Shown here: piece after piece, positions 8,847 to 18,476 of the stretch
How positions within the stretch are numbered: position 1 is the stretch's first letter
Layout: every line of letters begins with the position of its first letter
Origin: Nanobdellota archaeon
Lineage (GTDB): Archaea > Nanobdellota > Nanobdellia > Parvarchaeales > Parvarchaeaceae
Direction of reading: 5' to 3'
Length of the DNA: 40,246 nt
Assembly (NCBI GenBank): GCA_021798355.1
Contig: JAJZMG010000018.1
Coordinates: forward strand, 1-40,246
Program-made: the position numbers and the translations under genes
Notes under the pieces: model-generated
Database searches by the model: none
Told to the model about the DNA's origin: nothing
What the model saw: only the letters and a program-made list of their open reading frames with translations

Positions 8847-9677
8847 ATGAAAATAAATAATTACCTTACATTTATCCTTGCTTTTCTGTTTTCATATCTG
8901 GTTTATTTTTTGTTCAATAATTTTTATCTGTATTATTATGCCCTGCCGATTGCATTCCTTTCTTCTCTTCTTCTGCTGACTTACACTTCCCACAAGCATT
9001 ATTTTTACTTAGTGTTTGCAGCTATTGCTATAGTTGTGTTTTCTAATGTGTTTCCGATTAGATTCTCCTTTGAAATTATTTCTGTAAGCCTGATTATTCA
9101 ATCACTGCTTATAATAAAATTGACATTAAAGACCGTGAAGTTAAGTAGTAAACTGGAGGTAAGAAGAGATGTTGTTCAGATTATTATAGGAAGCATATTC
9201 CTTTTAATGTTTGTATTCTCCTATAAACAGGTTTTACTAGCATTGATATTCCTTGGTATTATAGTGGCACACATTATCTATGTATATGGCGGTAAACTAA
9301 AGAGGTTAGTAAGCACACTCGAAAGAGAGGGTGTAATATTCGGCTCTGGTGCAATATCGATGGCAGCCGGTACTGTTTTATTGTTGGGTTTTTTAAACCA
9401 TTTTGACTTCCTCTTTTTCGGCCTTTTTTCTTTGCTTATTTCTGACCCTATAGCTACCGTAGTAGGCTTGAAGGTAATGAAAAGTCCAGGTAACAAATCA
9501 ATTATAGGTAGTTTTGCCTTTTTTGTCTCTTCTTCAATTCCAGGAGTAATATTTTTCGGCCTAGCCGGTATACTATTTGCATTTATTCTTTCTTTAGCTG
9601 AGAGATTCAGCCCGGTAGATGATAATATTTTTATAGCATTTATAGCGGTAATTTTATCGCTTGCTTTTTTCGTATAA
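8847..9677 (+). CDS. Dolichol/phytol kinase-like membrane protein (CTP_transf_1/Sec59 family)
   Basis: RRDVVQ, SDPIATVVG, KSIIGSFAFF, AE..DDNI motifs. In-frame ATG 8847 avoids overlap with the ATPase. Confidence 0.75.
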   Translation: MKINNYLTFILAFLFSYLVYFLFNNFYLYYYALPIAFLSSLLLLTYTSHKHYFYLVFAAIAIVVFSNVFPIRFSFEIISVSLIIQSLLIIKLTLKTVKLSSKLEVRRDVVQIIIGSIFLLMFVFSYKQVLLALIFLGIIVAHIIYVYGGKLKRLVSTLEREGVIFGSGAISMAAGTVLLLGFLNHFDFLFFGLFSLLISDPIATVVGLKVMKSPGNKSIIGSFAFFVSSSIPGVIFFGLAGILFAFILSLAERFSPVDDNIFIAFIAVILSLAFFV

Positions 9678-9707
9678 TTTAAATATACCAAAAACGATAA
9701 AAAAAGA

Positions 9708-10343
9708 ATGTTAGGTGTATTTTTGAGTGAAATTTTCATTGAGTTTTCAACTATTCTTATTCTTCTTTTAACAGTGCCTTTGGCTTCGTTAATGACTTAC
9801 AAGTTTCTAAAGAAGAGGGGAAAAAGTCAGCTTTACTGGTCAATAGGGCTTTGGCTATTTGGAGCGGGTGTTTTACTTGAGGTGCTCTTTTCATTCAATA
9901 TATACAACTCCTTTTTGATAAAGGCTTATCTAGCTGCAGTTGCATTTCTAGTTAGCTTTTTAGCTCTCGGTTCTACCGTATTGCTTAAAAACAAGAGAAT
10001 ATTCAATTACTATGGCATATTTTTCATTTTTTCAGGAGCGTTTGTCATATATTCTTTGATAGTATCAAGTATAGGTAATGTTCTCACAAACTATGTAGTA
10101 TTTGGCGTTCTGCCTCTACTTATCGTAATTTCTTCCTCGGTGATGACGTTTCCCGCTGCCGCAATGCTTATAGCTGTAGCTGTTATCTCATATAGAAAGA
10201 CTTCTAGTAAGAAAATGCTTTCGATAATAGCAGGTGTTTTGATAGTAAGCATAGCAGGTTCCCTTTATATTGCTCATTTTCCAGCGTTTTTATATTATTC
10301 TGAATTTATAGGCATACTCCTATTGTGGTTTGGTTTTATCTGA
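9708..10343 (+). CDS. Multi-pass (about 7 TM) membrane protein of unknown function
   Basis: Alternating hydrophobic segments; 211 aa. Confidence 0.7.
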   Translation: MLGVFLSEIFIEFSTILILLLTVPLASLMTYKFLKKRGKSQLYWSIGLWLFGAGVLLEVLFSFNIYNSFLIKAYLAAVAFLVSFLALGSTVLLKNKRIFNYYGIFFIFSGAFVIYSLIVSSIGNVLTNYVVFGVLPLLIVISSSVMTFPAAAMLIAVAVISYRKTSSKKMLSIIAGVLIVSIAGSLYIAHFPAFLYYSEFIGILLLWFGFI

Positions 10344-10407
10344 TTTTTATTTTAAATACTAAGGCTAAACATAGAAACATATAAAAGCACAAAATAAGTT
10401 AAATTAA

Positions 10408-12012
10408 ATGCCAGCAAAGTTCATAGTGGTATTAGGATCGATAATGAGTGGCTTAGGTAAAGGAGTAGTATCTTCTTCTATAATGAAAATATTAGACTTG
10501 TATAATTTTAAGGTCCTCCCAATAAAATTTGATGGGTATTTGAATTACGACTGTGGCACGATGAATCCGTACAGGCATGGGGAAGTCTTTGTTTTGGATG
10601 ATAAAGGAGAAGTGGATATGGATTTTGGTACATATGAACGATTCCTTAACACTAGCCTTACTAGCAGCTCTTCTATAACCGGGGGGAAACTTTTTGGAGG
10701 GATAATAGAAAAAGAGAGGAGGGGAGAGTACCTAGGGGAAGATGTGCAGGTTATTCCACACCTTACAAATGAGATACAAGAAAAAGTAAAGGAATTTGCA
10801 GATAGAAATAAGCTAGATTTTGTTATAATTGAAGTTGGCGGAACAGTCGGAGACATCGAAAACGGTTATTTTATAGAAGCCATGAGACAACTTTCACTTA
10901 AGGAACAGGTGGTATTTGTTGATGTTACTTACATACCAAGATTAAAGACGGTTGGGGAACAAAAGAGCAAGCCAACACAGTTTGCATTTAGAACTTTAAT
11001 GGGAATGGGCATAATTCCACAGTTTCTTGTATGCAGGACGGATGGCGAAATGAGCGACAGTATAAAAAAGAAGCTTTCCATGTTTACAAGTCTAGATGAA
11101 AGTAGAATTATAAATGACCCTGATATGGATTCACCTTACCAGCTACCACAGTATCTAATAAATCAGAATTTTGATAAGATCCTTTTAGAGACATTTAACA
11201 TGTATAATAAAAAGATAAACACCGAAAAACTTGAAAAATGGAGGGACAACGTTAATAGAATAATAAGCAAAGATGGAAAGATGGTTACAATAGCAGTAAT
11301 TGGGAAATACGTAGAGCTAAAAGATTCGTATGTAAGTGTTAGAGAAGCATTAATGCATGCTGCCGGCAAACTATCAGTTAACATAAATATAAAGTGGATA
11401 GAATCTGAATTGTTAGAGAAATCTAATCCTGAAAATATATTAAGAGAGGTTAGCGGTATAATAGTTCCAGGCGGTTTTGGAAAAAGAGGCATAGAAGGTA
11501 TGATAACTGGGATAAAGTATGCTAGAGAGAACGATTTGCCATATTTAGGTTTATGCTTAGGTATGCAGCTTATGGCGGTTGAGTTTGCAAGAGATGTATG
11601 CAATTTAAAGGGTGCAAATTCAACCGAATTCAATCCGGATACAAAATACAATATAGTAGATATCCTGCCTTCTCAGCTTTCAGTAAAGCAGAAAGGGGGA
11701 ACAATGAGATTAGGTTCATGGGAAATGGTTATAAAAGACAAGAGCTCAATAGCATTTTCCTCCTATCACAAAAAGACTGTATCGGAAAGACACAGGCATA
11801 GATACGAGCTTAACAATAAATTTAGGAAAATTCTTGAAGAGAACGGGTTAAAGATAACAGCTACAACTAAAGATAACAAATTAGCGGAAATAATAGAGTG
11901 GCCAAACGGTTTTGGTATCGCTACACAGGCGCATCCCGAACTAAAATCAAGGATAGAAGATCCAGCTCCCCTATTTTTATCCTTTCTAAGTGCTGCAAAG
12001 AATAACAGTTAA
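10408..12012 (+). CDS. pyrG: CTP synthase
   Basis: SGLGKG, GTMNPYRHGEVFV, EVGGTVGDIE, VPGGFGKRG, GLCLGMQ, ERHRHRYE, QAHPE. Confidence 0.98.
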   Translation: MPAKFIVVLGSIMSGLGKGVVSSSIMKILDLYNFKVLPIKFDGYLNYDCGTMNPYRHGEVFVLDDKGEVDMDFGTYERFLNTSLTSSSSITGGKLFGGIIEKERRGEYLGEDVQVIPHLTNEIQEKVKEFADRNKLDFVIIEVGGTVGDIENGYFIEAMRQLSLKEQVVFVDVTYIPRLKTVGEQKSKPTQFAFRTLMGMGIIPQFLVCRTDGEMSDSIKKKLSMFTSLDESRIINDPDMDSPYQLPQYLINQNFDKILLETFNMYNKKINTEKLEKWRDNVNRIISKDGKMVTIAVIGKYVELKDSYVSVREALMHAAGKLSVNINIKWIESELLEKSNPENILREVSGIIVPGGFGKRGIEGMITGIKYARENDLPYLGLCLGMQLMAVEFARDVCNLKGANSTEFNPDTKYNIVDILPSQLSVKQKGGTMRLGSWEMVIKDKSSIAFSSYHKKTVSERHRHRYELNNKFRKILEENGLKITATTKDNKLAEIIEWPNGFGIATQAHPELKSRIEDPAPLFLSFLSAAKNNS

Positions 12013-12043
12013 ATATATAAAATAGGAGTTCCCTCTAAATTAT

Positions 12044-12112
12044 ATGGCAGAAGAAGAAAAGGAAGAAAAGTGTGGGTGCGGATGCAATTGCGGCTGCGGT
12101 TGTTCGGATTAA
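12044..12112 (+). CDS. 22-aa Cys-rich microprotein (metallothionein-like): MAEEEKEEKCGCGCNCGCGCSD
   Basis: Manual translation; below the ORF-track cutoff. TATA-like ATATATAA at 12013 (31 nt upstream), T7 run at 12132-12138, GC-rich against its intergenic surroundings. Confidence 0.7.
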   Translation: MAEEEKEEKCGCGCNCGCGCSD

Positions 12113-12131
12113 TTTTACAACCTAAATCATA

Positions 12132-12138
12132 TTTTTTT
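12132..12138 (+). terminator. Oligo-T archaeal terminator
   Basis: T7 run about 20 nt after the microprotein stop, followed by further T-rich sequence. Confidence 0.45.
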
Positions 12139-12193
12139 GTAGTTTGTTTTACGTGTTAACAAGTATTTATATGTCTTCTATTCATATAAAGAA

Positions 12194-12685
12194 ATGGAAA
12201 ATAAGATAAAATCTCTTTTTAGAAACGAGCTTTCTGAATCTGGAATATCTGATTCAAATATTTCTGCATTGGAAATCAAACTTTCAAAGCTCAGTATTAA
12301 TAGCGACAAGTTAGCAGAGGAACTGACCCTTTGTGGTAAAAACCTGGAAAAGCGGTATAGAAAATCCTTTTATGAGAGCTCTATAGATATCCTTAGTCAA
12401 TATTATTATCCAAATACCGTGTCATACCTTTCAAATAAGTTGTTTTCATTGGATAAAGGAAAAGTTATGAACACTTTGGATGTGCTAAGAAAGGAGTATT
12501 TCTCACTTTATGTAAACTTCATAGACCTAAGCTACAAGCATTCTAAAGGGATAGATTTTATAGATAACTTGTTTGCCTTAGATAAATTAAATGAAAGCAG
12601 CGTAAAGCATTTGATGAAAGAGGATATAGAAGAAAAAAGGATAAAGCAGCTTATACCCAAGGAAATTTTCTCTAATCTTTATTAA
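12194..12685 (+). CDS. Hypothetical protein
   Basis: 163-aa ORF with TATA box TTTATATG at 12166. Confidence 0.65.
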   Translation: MENKIKSLFRNELSESGISDSNISALEIKLSKLSINSDKLAEELTLCGKNLEKRYRKSFYESSIDILSQYYYPNTVSYLSNKLFSLDKGKVMNTLDVLRKEYFSLYVNFIDLSYKHSKGIDFIDNLFALDKLNESSVKHLMKEDIEEKRIKQLIPKEIFSNLY

Positions 12686-12989
12686 CCTTATCTCTATTTT
12701 TAAGGTATACATTTCTTACTTTAAGCATGTGCTTACACGGCATCCCATAATACTGAAAAGATTCACACGTACAACTCCCGTTTATTAAGTACATCGAGCC
12801 AGGCAGGTATTCTATTTCTATTTTGTGGAAATAGCCTACATTTGATTCGCTTTCCGAGTATGCCGAAATTGTAATTTCTCTTCCCTTAACATCTAATCCA
12901 TAAATTCTGGTTTTCTTGTCAGATGACGTTATAAGCGGCTTTCCAAGTATCTCCTCTAATTTATACGTTTTTCGATTTGATTCCATCAT
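12672..12989 (-). CDS. SWIM zinc-finger protein
   Basis: CTC...PCKH (CxC-xn-CxH) motif. Confidence 0.85.
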   Translation of the reverse strand: MMESNRKTYKLEEILGKPLITSSDKKTRIYGLDVKGREITISAYSESESNVGYFHKIEIEYLPGSMYLINGSCTCESFQYYGMPCKHMLKVRNVYLKNRDKVNKD

Positions 12990-13019
12990 TTATTATTAAA
13001 GGCTTTGAAGTTTAAATAT

Positions 13020-14039
13020 CTAAAATTTGATTACTTTTACACCCATTAATTCACTGTTCTTAAGCTCAGTTAACGCTGAATTTACATCCTCCAATTTTAT
13101 ATCACTGTATACCGGTTTTATTTCTAGATTTGTGGCAAGTCTTAGATACTCTAGCATGTCCTGTCTAGTATAGGATTCGACAGAAAGCAACAGCTTTTCA
13201 TGGAATAACTGCGAGTCGTAATCTATTTTTATTTCCCCGTCTATGTGTATTCCTGCAACAATTACTCTTCCACCCGGCTTAATAACTTTTAAGGCGTTCA
13301 TTATAGGTACAGAGGAAGGTGCAAAAATTATTGCATTTTCTATATCTTTATCCTTTAAATTTTCGTATATGTTTCCGTTTTTAGGCGAAAAAGTGAAATC
13401 TGCTCCAAGTTCGCTGGCAAGCTTTAGATGTTCTTCGTTTCTGCTTACTATTATGACCTTATGACCAAGTTTCTTTGCAAGCTGCAATGTTAAATGTGCG
13501 GAGCCGCCAAATCCGAACATTGTTATTGTACTACCTGGAGAAGCATGCGCCAGCTTGAATGAACGGTAGCCTATTGCCCCGGAACAAAGTAAAGGTGCGA
13601 TTTCTTCGTCCTTCAAGCCAACTGGAAGATTAAATATAAACCCGCTATCCGCTATAATGTATTCAGAGTACCCCCCATTTTTAGAAAAGCCAGTAAATTT
13701 CTTATTTTGACAGAGGTTCTCCCTGCCACTGAGGCAGTACTCGCAGCTTCCGCATGAGCTGTACAGCCAGGCAACTCCTACTCTATCACCGGTTTTTTGG
13801 GCTTTGACTTCGCTGCCCACTCTTTCAATAGTACCTACTACTTCATGCCCTGGAACTATATTGTTTACGTTGCCAAGTTCACCTTCCACCACATGTAAAT
13901 CGGTTCTGCATACTCCGCATGCACTTACTTTTATCAATACCTCATTTTCCTTTAATTCCGGTAATTTCAATTCCTTTATCTTCAAAGGTTTTTCTTCAAT
14001 CTTTCCCGGTTTTTCAAGAAACGCTGCTTTTGTTTTCAT
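13020..14039 (-). CDS. Zinc-dependent alcohol dehydrogenase (MDR family)
   Basis: CGVCRTDLH, GHE, structural Zn CGSCEYC...C, GFGGSA. Confidence 0.93.
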   Translation of the reverse strand: MKTKAAFLEKPGKIEEKPLKIKELKLPELKENEVLIKVSACGVCRTDLHVVEGELGNVNNIVPGHEVVGTIERVGSEVKAQKTGDRVGVAWLYSSCGSCEYCLSGRENLCQNKKFTGFSKNGGYSEYIIADSGFIFNLPVGLKDEEIAPLLCSGAIGYRSFKLAHASPGSTITMFGFGGSAHLTLQLAKKLGHKVIIVSRNEEHLKLASELGADFTFSPKNGNIYENLKDKDIENAIIFAPSSVPIMNALKVIKPGGRVIVAGIHIDGEIKIDYDSQLFHEKLLLSVESYTRQDMLEYLRLATNLEIKPVYSDIKLEDVNSALTELKNSELMGVKVIKF

Positions 14040-14117
14040 AAAACATAGTATAATCTTTTAAAATATAAACAGCTACTTCTAAAAAGTTTAATATCTTATG
14101 AATTTTTATTAATACAA

Positions 14118-15878
14118 ATGACATTAACTTTTGCAGACTTTAAGGATATTGGATTCATAAGTAATCAGTTAACAAGCTCATTGATAGACAAGAACGGCAA
14201 CGTACTGTGGCTCTGCTTCCCAAGATTCGATTCTGATCCGTTTATAGCTTACCTGCTTGATGAAAATAACGGAGGAGTTTTCAGAATAAGCCCGCTGGAA
14301 CAGTTCTCATCTTTTCATAAGTATACTGCACCAAATGTTTTGCATACTAATTTTAAAACTGTTGGGGGAAATGCGGATATAAATGATTTTTTGATACCAG
14401 GTAAAACCATACTTGTAAGGAACATAAATTCAGAGATAAAACTGCAGCTTAATTTTAATCCATTATTCGCTTTTCATACCATGAATTTCAATTATTCCGA
14501 GAATGATGGTAAAATAATGTTTGATAGCAAAAATGGGAAAGGAAGGCTGGTTTTAGAGATAATTGGAGAATACAAGAAAACAGGGGATTTTATGTGGGAG
14601 ATAGAAAAAGGATTAACACAAGTCATACTGTCTTATTACCCGTCAGCAGAGATATACGAATTGGAAGGAAAAAATGTTTCTTCAGCTAATTTCTCAAAAG
14701 CGCTGGATTCAACTATAGATTACTGGGGAGCATATACGGAAAGAATAAAATTAAGTCTTTCAGGCACAGATTTAGAGGAATTCGAACAGCTTTTAAGGTC
14801 ATCAGTTTTTACAATACTTGGACTTACATATTCACCGACAGGCAGCATAATAGCTGCACCAACTACGTCTCTGCCTGAAGATCCGGGTGGAAATAGAAAT
14901 TGGGATTACAGATATGTTTGGGTTAGGGATTCGGCAATAATGGCGTCTACCTTATGTAGACTGGGATTTTATACAGAGGGTAGGAGGGCGCTTGAATTTT
15001 TATTCAGCATGATTGATTATTCGGGTAAACCCCTTTATAATCTTTACAAAGTAGATGGTACAAAAATATACGGCGAAAAGTATATTGACTCGTTGAATGG
15101 CTTTATGAATTCAAAGCCTGTAAGGATAGGCAATCGCGCTACTAACCAGATACAATTGGATATAGAAGGGGAGTTTTTATACGCCGTAAAAGGTTATTTT
15201 GATTCTACGCAGGATACGGAGTTTATACAAAATCATTCAAAGGCTATAGAATACATAGCGGATTGGCTCGTAGATAATTGGCAGCTTGCTGATTCAGGGA
15301 TATGGGAAAAGCCAGATGATCATGAATATGCGCATTCAAAAGTTATGATATGGGTGGCCCTGGAAAGCGTAGGAAAACTGATTTCATCTGTAGGCGGGAT
15401 AGATCGCTGGGAAGAAACAAGAAATGAAATAAAGAATTGGGTCATGTCCAATTGTGTAAAAGATGGTTACTTTGTTACTTTTCCTAGGAGCAATGAAGTA
15501 GATTCTACTATATTGTCATTTCCGATTTATGGTTTTATTGACCCTAACAATCCTGTCTTTGTTAAGACACTCAAGATCGTTGAAAAAACTTTATTTGTTA
15601 AAGGCTTTGTTTATAGGTATAACTTTGATTCGATTGGCAAGGCTAATCATGCCTTTGTTCTTTGCTCTATGTGGCTTGCTTCCGTCTACTCGCAGCTGAA
15701 AAGAAAGAATGAAGCTATACAGCTGCTTAAAAATGTAAAAAGTATAGTCGGACCGAATAATTTAATTGGAGAGGATATAGACGTGCATAATAAGATGTTT
15801 GCAGGTAATTTTCCTCAAGGTTTTGTACATGCTACATTTGTAAACTCAGTTATCGATATTTTAACAAATAGCAACTAA
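14118..15878 (+). CDS. Glycoside hydrolase family 15 (trehalase/glucoamylase-like)
   Basis: WLCFPRFDS, AAPTTSLPE..GG.RNWDYRYVWVRD, QLDIEGE, SGIWE, GNFPQGFVH. Confidence 0.93.
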   Translation: MTLTFADFKDIGFISNQLTSSLIDKNGNVLWLCFPRFDSDPFIAYLLDENNGGVFRISPLEQFSSFHKYTAPNVLHTNFKTVGGNADINDFLIPGKTILVRNINSEIKLQLNFNPLFAFHTMNFNYSENDGKIMFDSKNGKGRLVLEIIGEYKKTGDFMWEIEKGLTQVILSYYPSAEIYELEGKNVSSANFSKALDSTIDYWGAYTERIKLSLSGTDLEEFEQLLRSSVFTILGLTYSPTGSIIAAPTTSLPEDPGGNRNWDYRYVWVRDSAIMASTLCRLGFYTEGRRALEFLFSMIDYSGKPLYNLYKVDGTKIYGEKYIDSLNGFMNSKPVRIGNRATNQIQLDIEGEFLYAVKGYFDSTQDTEFIQNHSKAIEYIADWLVDNWQLADSGIWEKPDDHEYAHSKVMIWVALESVGKLISSVGGIDRWEETRNEIKNWVMSNCVKDGYFVTFPRSNEVDSTILSFPIYGFIDPNNPVFVKTLKIVEKTLFVKGFVYRYNFDSIGKANHAFVLCSMWLASVYSQLKRKNEAIQLLKNVKSIVGPNNLIGEDIDVHNKMFAGNFPQGFVHATFVNSVIDILTNSN

Positions 15879-15969
15879 TAAATAAGATATTAAGAGTGCT
15901 CATAGACACTAAACACCCTCTAAATATCAATTTTAATAGTTATTCTTGTAAAATTTACAAATAATAATA

Positions 15970-15977
15970 TTTATATA
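15970..15977 (+). promoter_or_regulatory. TATA box (TTTATATA)
   Basis: Starts 30 nt upstream of ATG 16000. Confidence 0.6.
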
Positions 15978-15999
15978 TTAGAATTTTTCTATAAAATAT

Positions 16000-16662
16000 A
16001 TGAAAAAGGAAGAAACTTTAAATTCATTGTTAACTAACGCTGAAAAAATAGATTCTTATGAAGGTTGTACCTTTAACCATAACTTCGTGTATTCCTTTGC
16101 AGTTTTAAAAATAAACACATTTACAGAGGAAGTTGACCCGGAGTACGAGATTTACAAAAATTCTGATATTTCACGTTATAAACGAGTACATGCTTATATT
16201 GTAGATAAGGATGGAGAAGATTTACTCTACATTTTTAAAAACAGTACTCCCGAACGAGTAAAGTACGTCTCCCAAGGCGATGACAGTGATCTATTCAGCG
16301 AGCGCTTGAAGAGGAACCTTATTTATACCATTGGATTAGGCGAGACAAAAAAGCCTAAGTCAGAAGACGGTTTTTTTAATTATTACAAAATTTCTTTGAA
16401 CGATAGCAAAGACGTTGGTGATATAGATGAGAGAAGGGAATACGTGCTAGAAAATATAAGAAAAAATAAGGACAATCAAACAGTCTGCTGGCATATCTAC
16501 CCTTATTTTGAAAATGGTAAAATGATACTCAATATATTGGAACATAACAATCCAAACGAGTTGAGACTTGCAAATATTGTTGAAAACGACCTAGAAAAAG
16601 ATATTCATTACCTTCCTCTGGATAAAGACGAGAAAAACTGGAAAAACGACATAAAAACTTAA
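16000..16662 (+). CDS. Hypothetical protein
   Basis: 220-aa ORF with its own TATA box; no recognised motif. Confidence 0.7.
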   Translation: MKKEETLNSLLTNAEKIDSYEGCTFNHNFVYSFAVLKINTFTEEVDPEYEIYKNSDISRYKRVHAYIVDKDGEDLLYIFKNSTPERVKYVSQGDDSDLFSERLKRNLIYTIGLGETKKPKSEDGFFNYYKISLNDSKDVGDIDERREYVLENIRKNKDNQTVCWHIYPYFENGKMILNILEHNNPNELRLANIVENDLEKDIHYLPLDKDEKNWKNDIKT

Positions 16663-16704
16663 AATAAAAGTTTATTTAATAAGCCCTACTTAATTTTTAT
16701 GTGA

Positions 16705-17043
16705 ATGGGATTTACTAGTCTAGATACGTTATTGTCGGGTGAAGGTAAACAAATTAAACATAATGCTTTAGGATCCTTGAAAAAGCATGCAAAGACTTAC
16801 AAACTAGCAATTTCAAGTATTTTCGCATTCCCGGAGATGTATTGTGGCTTGCTGATAGAAAAGGAATCTAATCTTATACCCCCTTATGAATACCAGCTTG
16901 CATATCTACATTATGCTGCGGTTACTTTCCCAATACTATACGCATTTGCAGTTATGGGCACTTATATCGATTTAGAGCTGTTTAAAGTTACTATTTCAAA
17001 ATTCTATAAAAGCTTTATTAATTTGTACAAAAAGTTTAAATAA
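16705..17043 (+). CDS. Hypothetical membrane protein
   Basis: 112 aa with one or two hydrophobic segments. Confidence 0.55.
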   Translation: MGFTSLDTLLSGEGKQIKHNALGSLKKHAKTYKLAISSIFAFPEMYCGLLIEKESNLIPPYEYQLAYLHYAAVTFPILYAFAVMGTYIDLELFKVTISKFYKSFINLYKKFK

Positions 17044-17063
17044 GCCAAATTCTTATAGATAAA

Positions 17064-17729
17064 ATGCAAGGTAAACCAAAGAAAAATAATTTTCTTGTTT
17101 ATGAAGTAATTGCAGTGGCTTTAATTGTAGTAATCGCAATAGCCGTAATATATACCCTTGTTCCCTCTTCTCCGTCAGCGGCGCTCCTTAAATTTATAAA
17201 AACTGTACCAAGCGGGGTAGCTGTTTACTCTACAAATAATTCGATAATAATAACAGGTTCGAATGTTACTCTGCCAATAGTTGCGTATGAGAATCTTTCC
17301 TACAATCCTGTATACAATATAACCTACCCTGTTAATGTAACGGCAGCAGATTCCTTTCTTGAAACTCCAAACCATGAACTTCCATACTTTATGGATTATG
17401 GTCTAATAGACCCAACATTCGTTATAAAGAAAGGATCTACTGTAAACTTTATTTTCATAAATCTAGGAGCAGAAATACATATATTTGCTATAACCCCTCA
17501 AGCTCCACCATTTAATCCATTTATAACGCTCTCTCCAGAAACATTAAAAGCGGATCTTTTATATTTACCAGCACTACCACCTCCTGCTAATTTTAATAAT
17601 CCTTTCAGCGGGAGCATTTATTCGACAAGTGGTTCTTATACGTTTAATGCAACTGGCACTTATTATTACCTTTGCCCTATACCAGGACATGCAGAATTGG
17701 GTATGTATGGTAAGATTGAGGTAGTATGA
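17064..17729 (+). CDS. Membrane-anchored rusticyanin/sulfocyanin-like type-1 blue copper protein
   Basis: N-terminal TM; DPTFVIKKGSTVNFIFIN..EIHIFAIT (His ligand); YYYLCPIPGHAELGMYGKI (C-x4-H-x4-M). Confidence 0.9.
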   Translation: MQGKPKKNNFLVYEVIAVALIVVIAIAVIYTLVPSSPSAALLKFIKTVPSGVAVYSTNNSIIITGSNVTLPIVAYENLSYNPVYNITYPVNVTAADSFLETPNHELPYFMDYGLIDPTFVIKKGSTVNFIFINLGAEIHIFAITPQAPPFNPFITLSPETLKADLLYLPALPPPANFNNPFSGSIYSTSGSYTFNATGTYYYLCPIPGHAELGMYGKIEVV

Positions 17730-18463
17730 TGGAAAACACTAAGAACAGCAATGCAATGATTCTAGCAATAATACTCGTAATAGCAGTCATAGTAATAATA
17801 GTGGCATTTCTTGCCATTAATCACACGATAAGCTTTGCAGGTCCTGTTTCCGTTTCTGTCTCTACTGCTTTAAGTACTGTACCAGCAGGCGTTACAGTTA
17901 ATGCGGCTACTAACACCATATATGTTAATAAATCTGCGACAATATCTATGGGAATGATAGATAATTTGTCTTCTGACCCTGCGAATAACATAACTTTAAA
18001 TTCTACTATTCCAGGAACTAGTACTCCTTATAAAGTATTGTTAGGAGAGTTGGACCTTCAGGCACTCCCTGCCTTCATGGTATATGGACTCATAAATCCT
18101 ACAATAGTTATAGAACAAGGTTCTACAGTTACATTTAATGCATTTGATTTATCTGACTACGCTTATCACGGGTATATGATAACAAATGATAGTTTTGCTC
18201 CACCTTATTCTATTCCAGGGCCGGAAGCCGCATTTAACGGTTATACTGGTTCAAAGGACATAGTCGTAAAGGGCATACTTATACCTCCCCCCAAGACTGG
18301 CAGAATATACGAAGAAAGTGAAATATTTACTGCAAATACCAATGGTGTATACTGGTACATCTGCCCAGTGTTTGGACATGCAGCATTGGGCATGTATGGT
18401 AAAATAGTCGTAAGTGCTTCTCCTTCTTCCACTGCAAGCACTAGCAGCAATGGTTATTCTTAA
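17726..18463 (+). CDS. Second membrane-anchored rusticyanin-like blue copper protein
   Basis: N-terminal TM; NPTIVIEQGSTVTF..YHGYMIT; YWYICPVFGHAALGMYGKI. ATGA overlap with the upstream paralog. Confidence 0.9.
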   Translation: MMENTKNSNAMILAIILVIAVIVIIVAFLAINHTISFAGPVSVSVSTALSTVPAGVTVNAATNTIYVNKSATISMGMIDNLSSDPANNITLNSTIPGTSTPYKVLLGELDLQALPAFMVYGLINPTIVIEQGSTVTFNAFDLSDYAYHGYMITNDSFAPPYSIPGPEAAFNGYTGSKDIVVKGILIPPPKTGRIYEESEIFTANTNGVYWYICPVFGHAALGMYGKIVVSASPSSTASTSSNGYS

Positions 18464-18476
18464 TTAGTTTTATTTA

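Noticed and set aside
6907-11801. Antisense or alternate-frame ORFs within the H+-ATPase, kinase-like gene and pyrG
   Set aside because: Nested in well-supported genes and without motifs.
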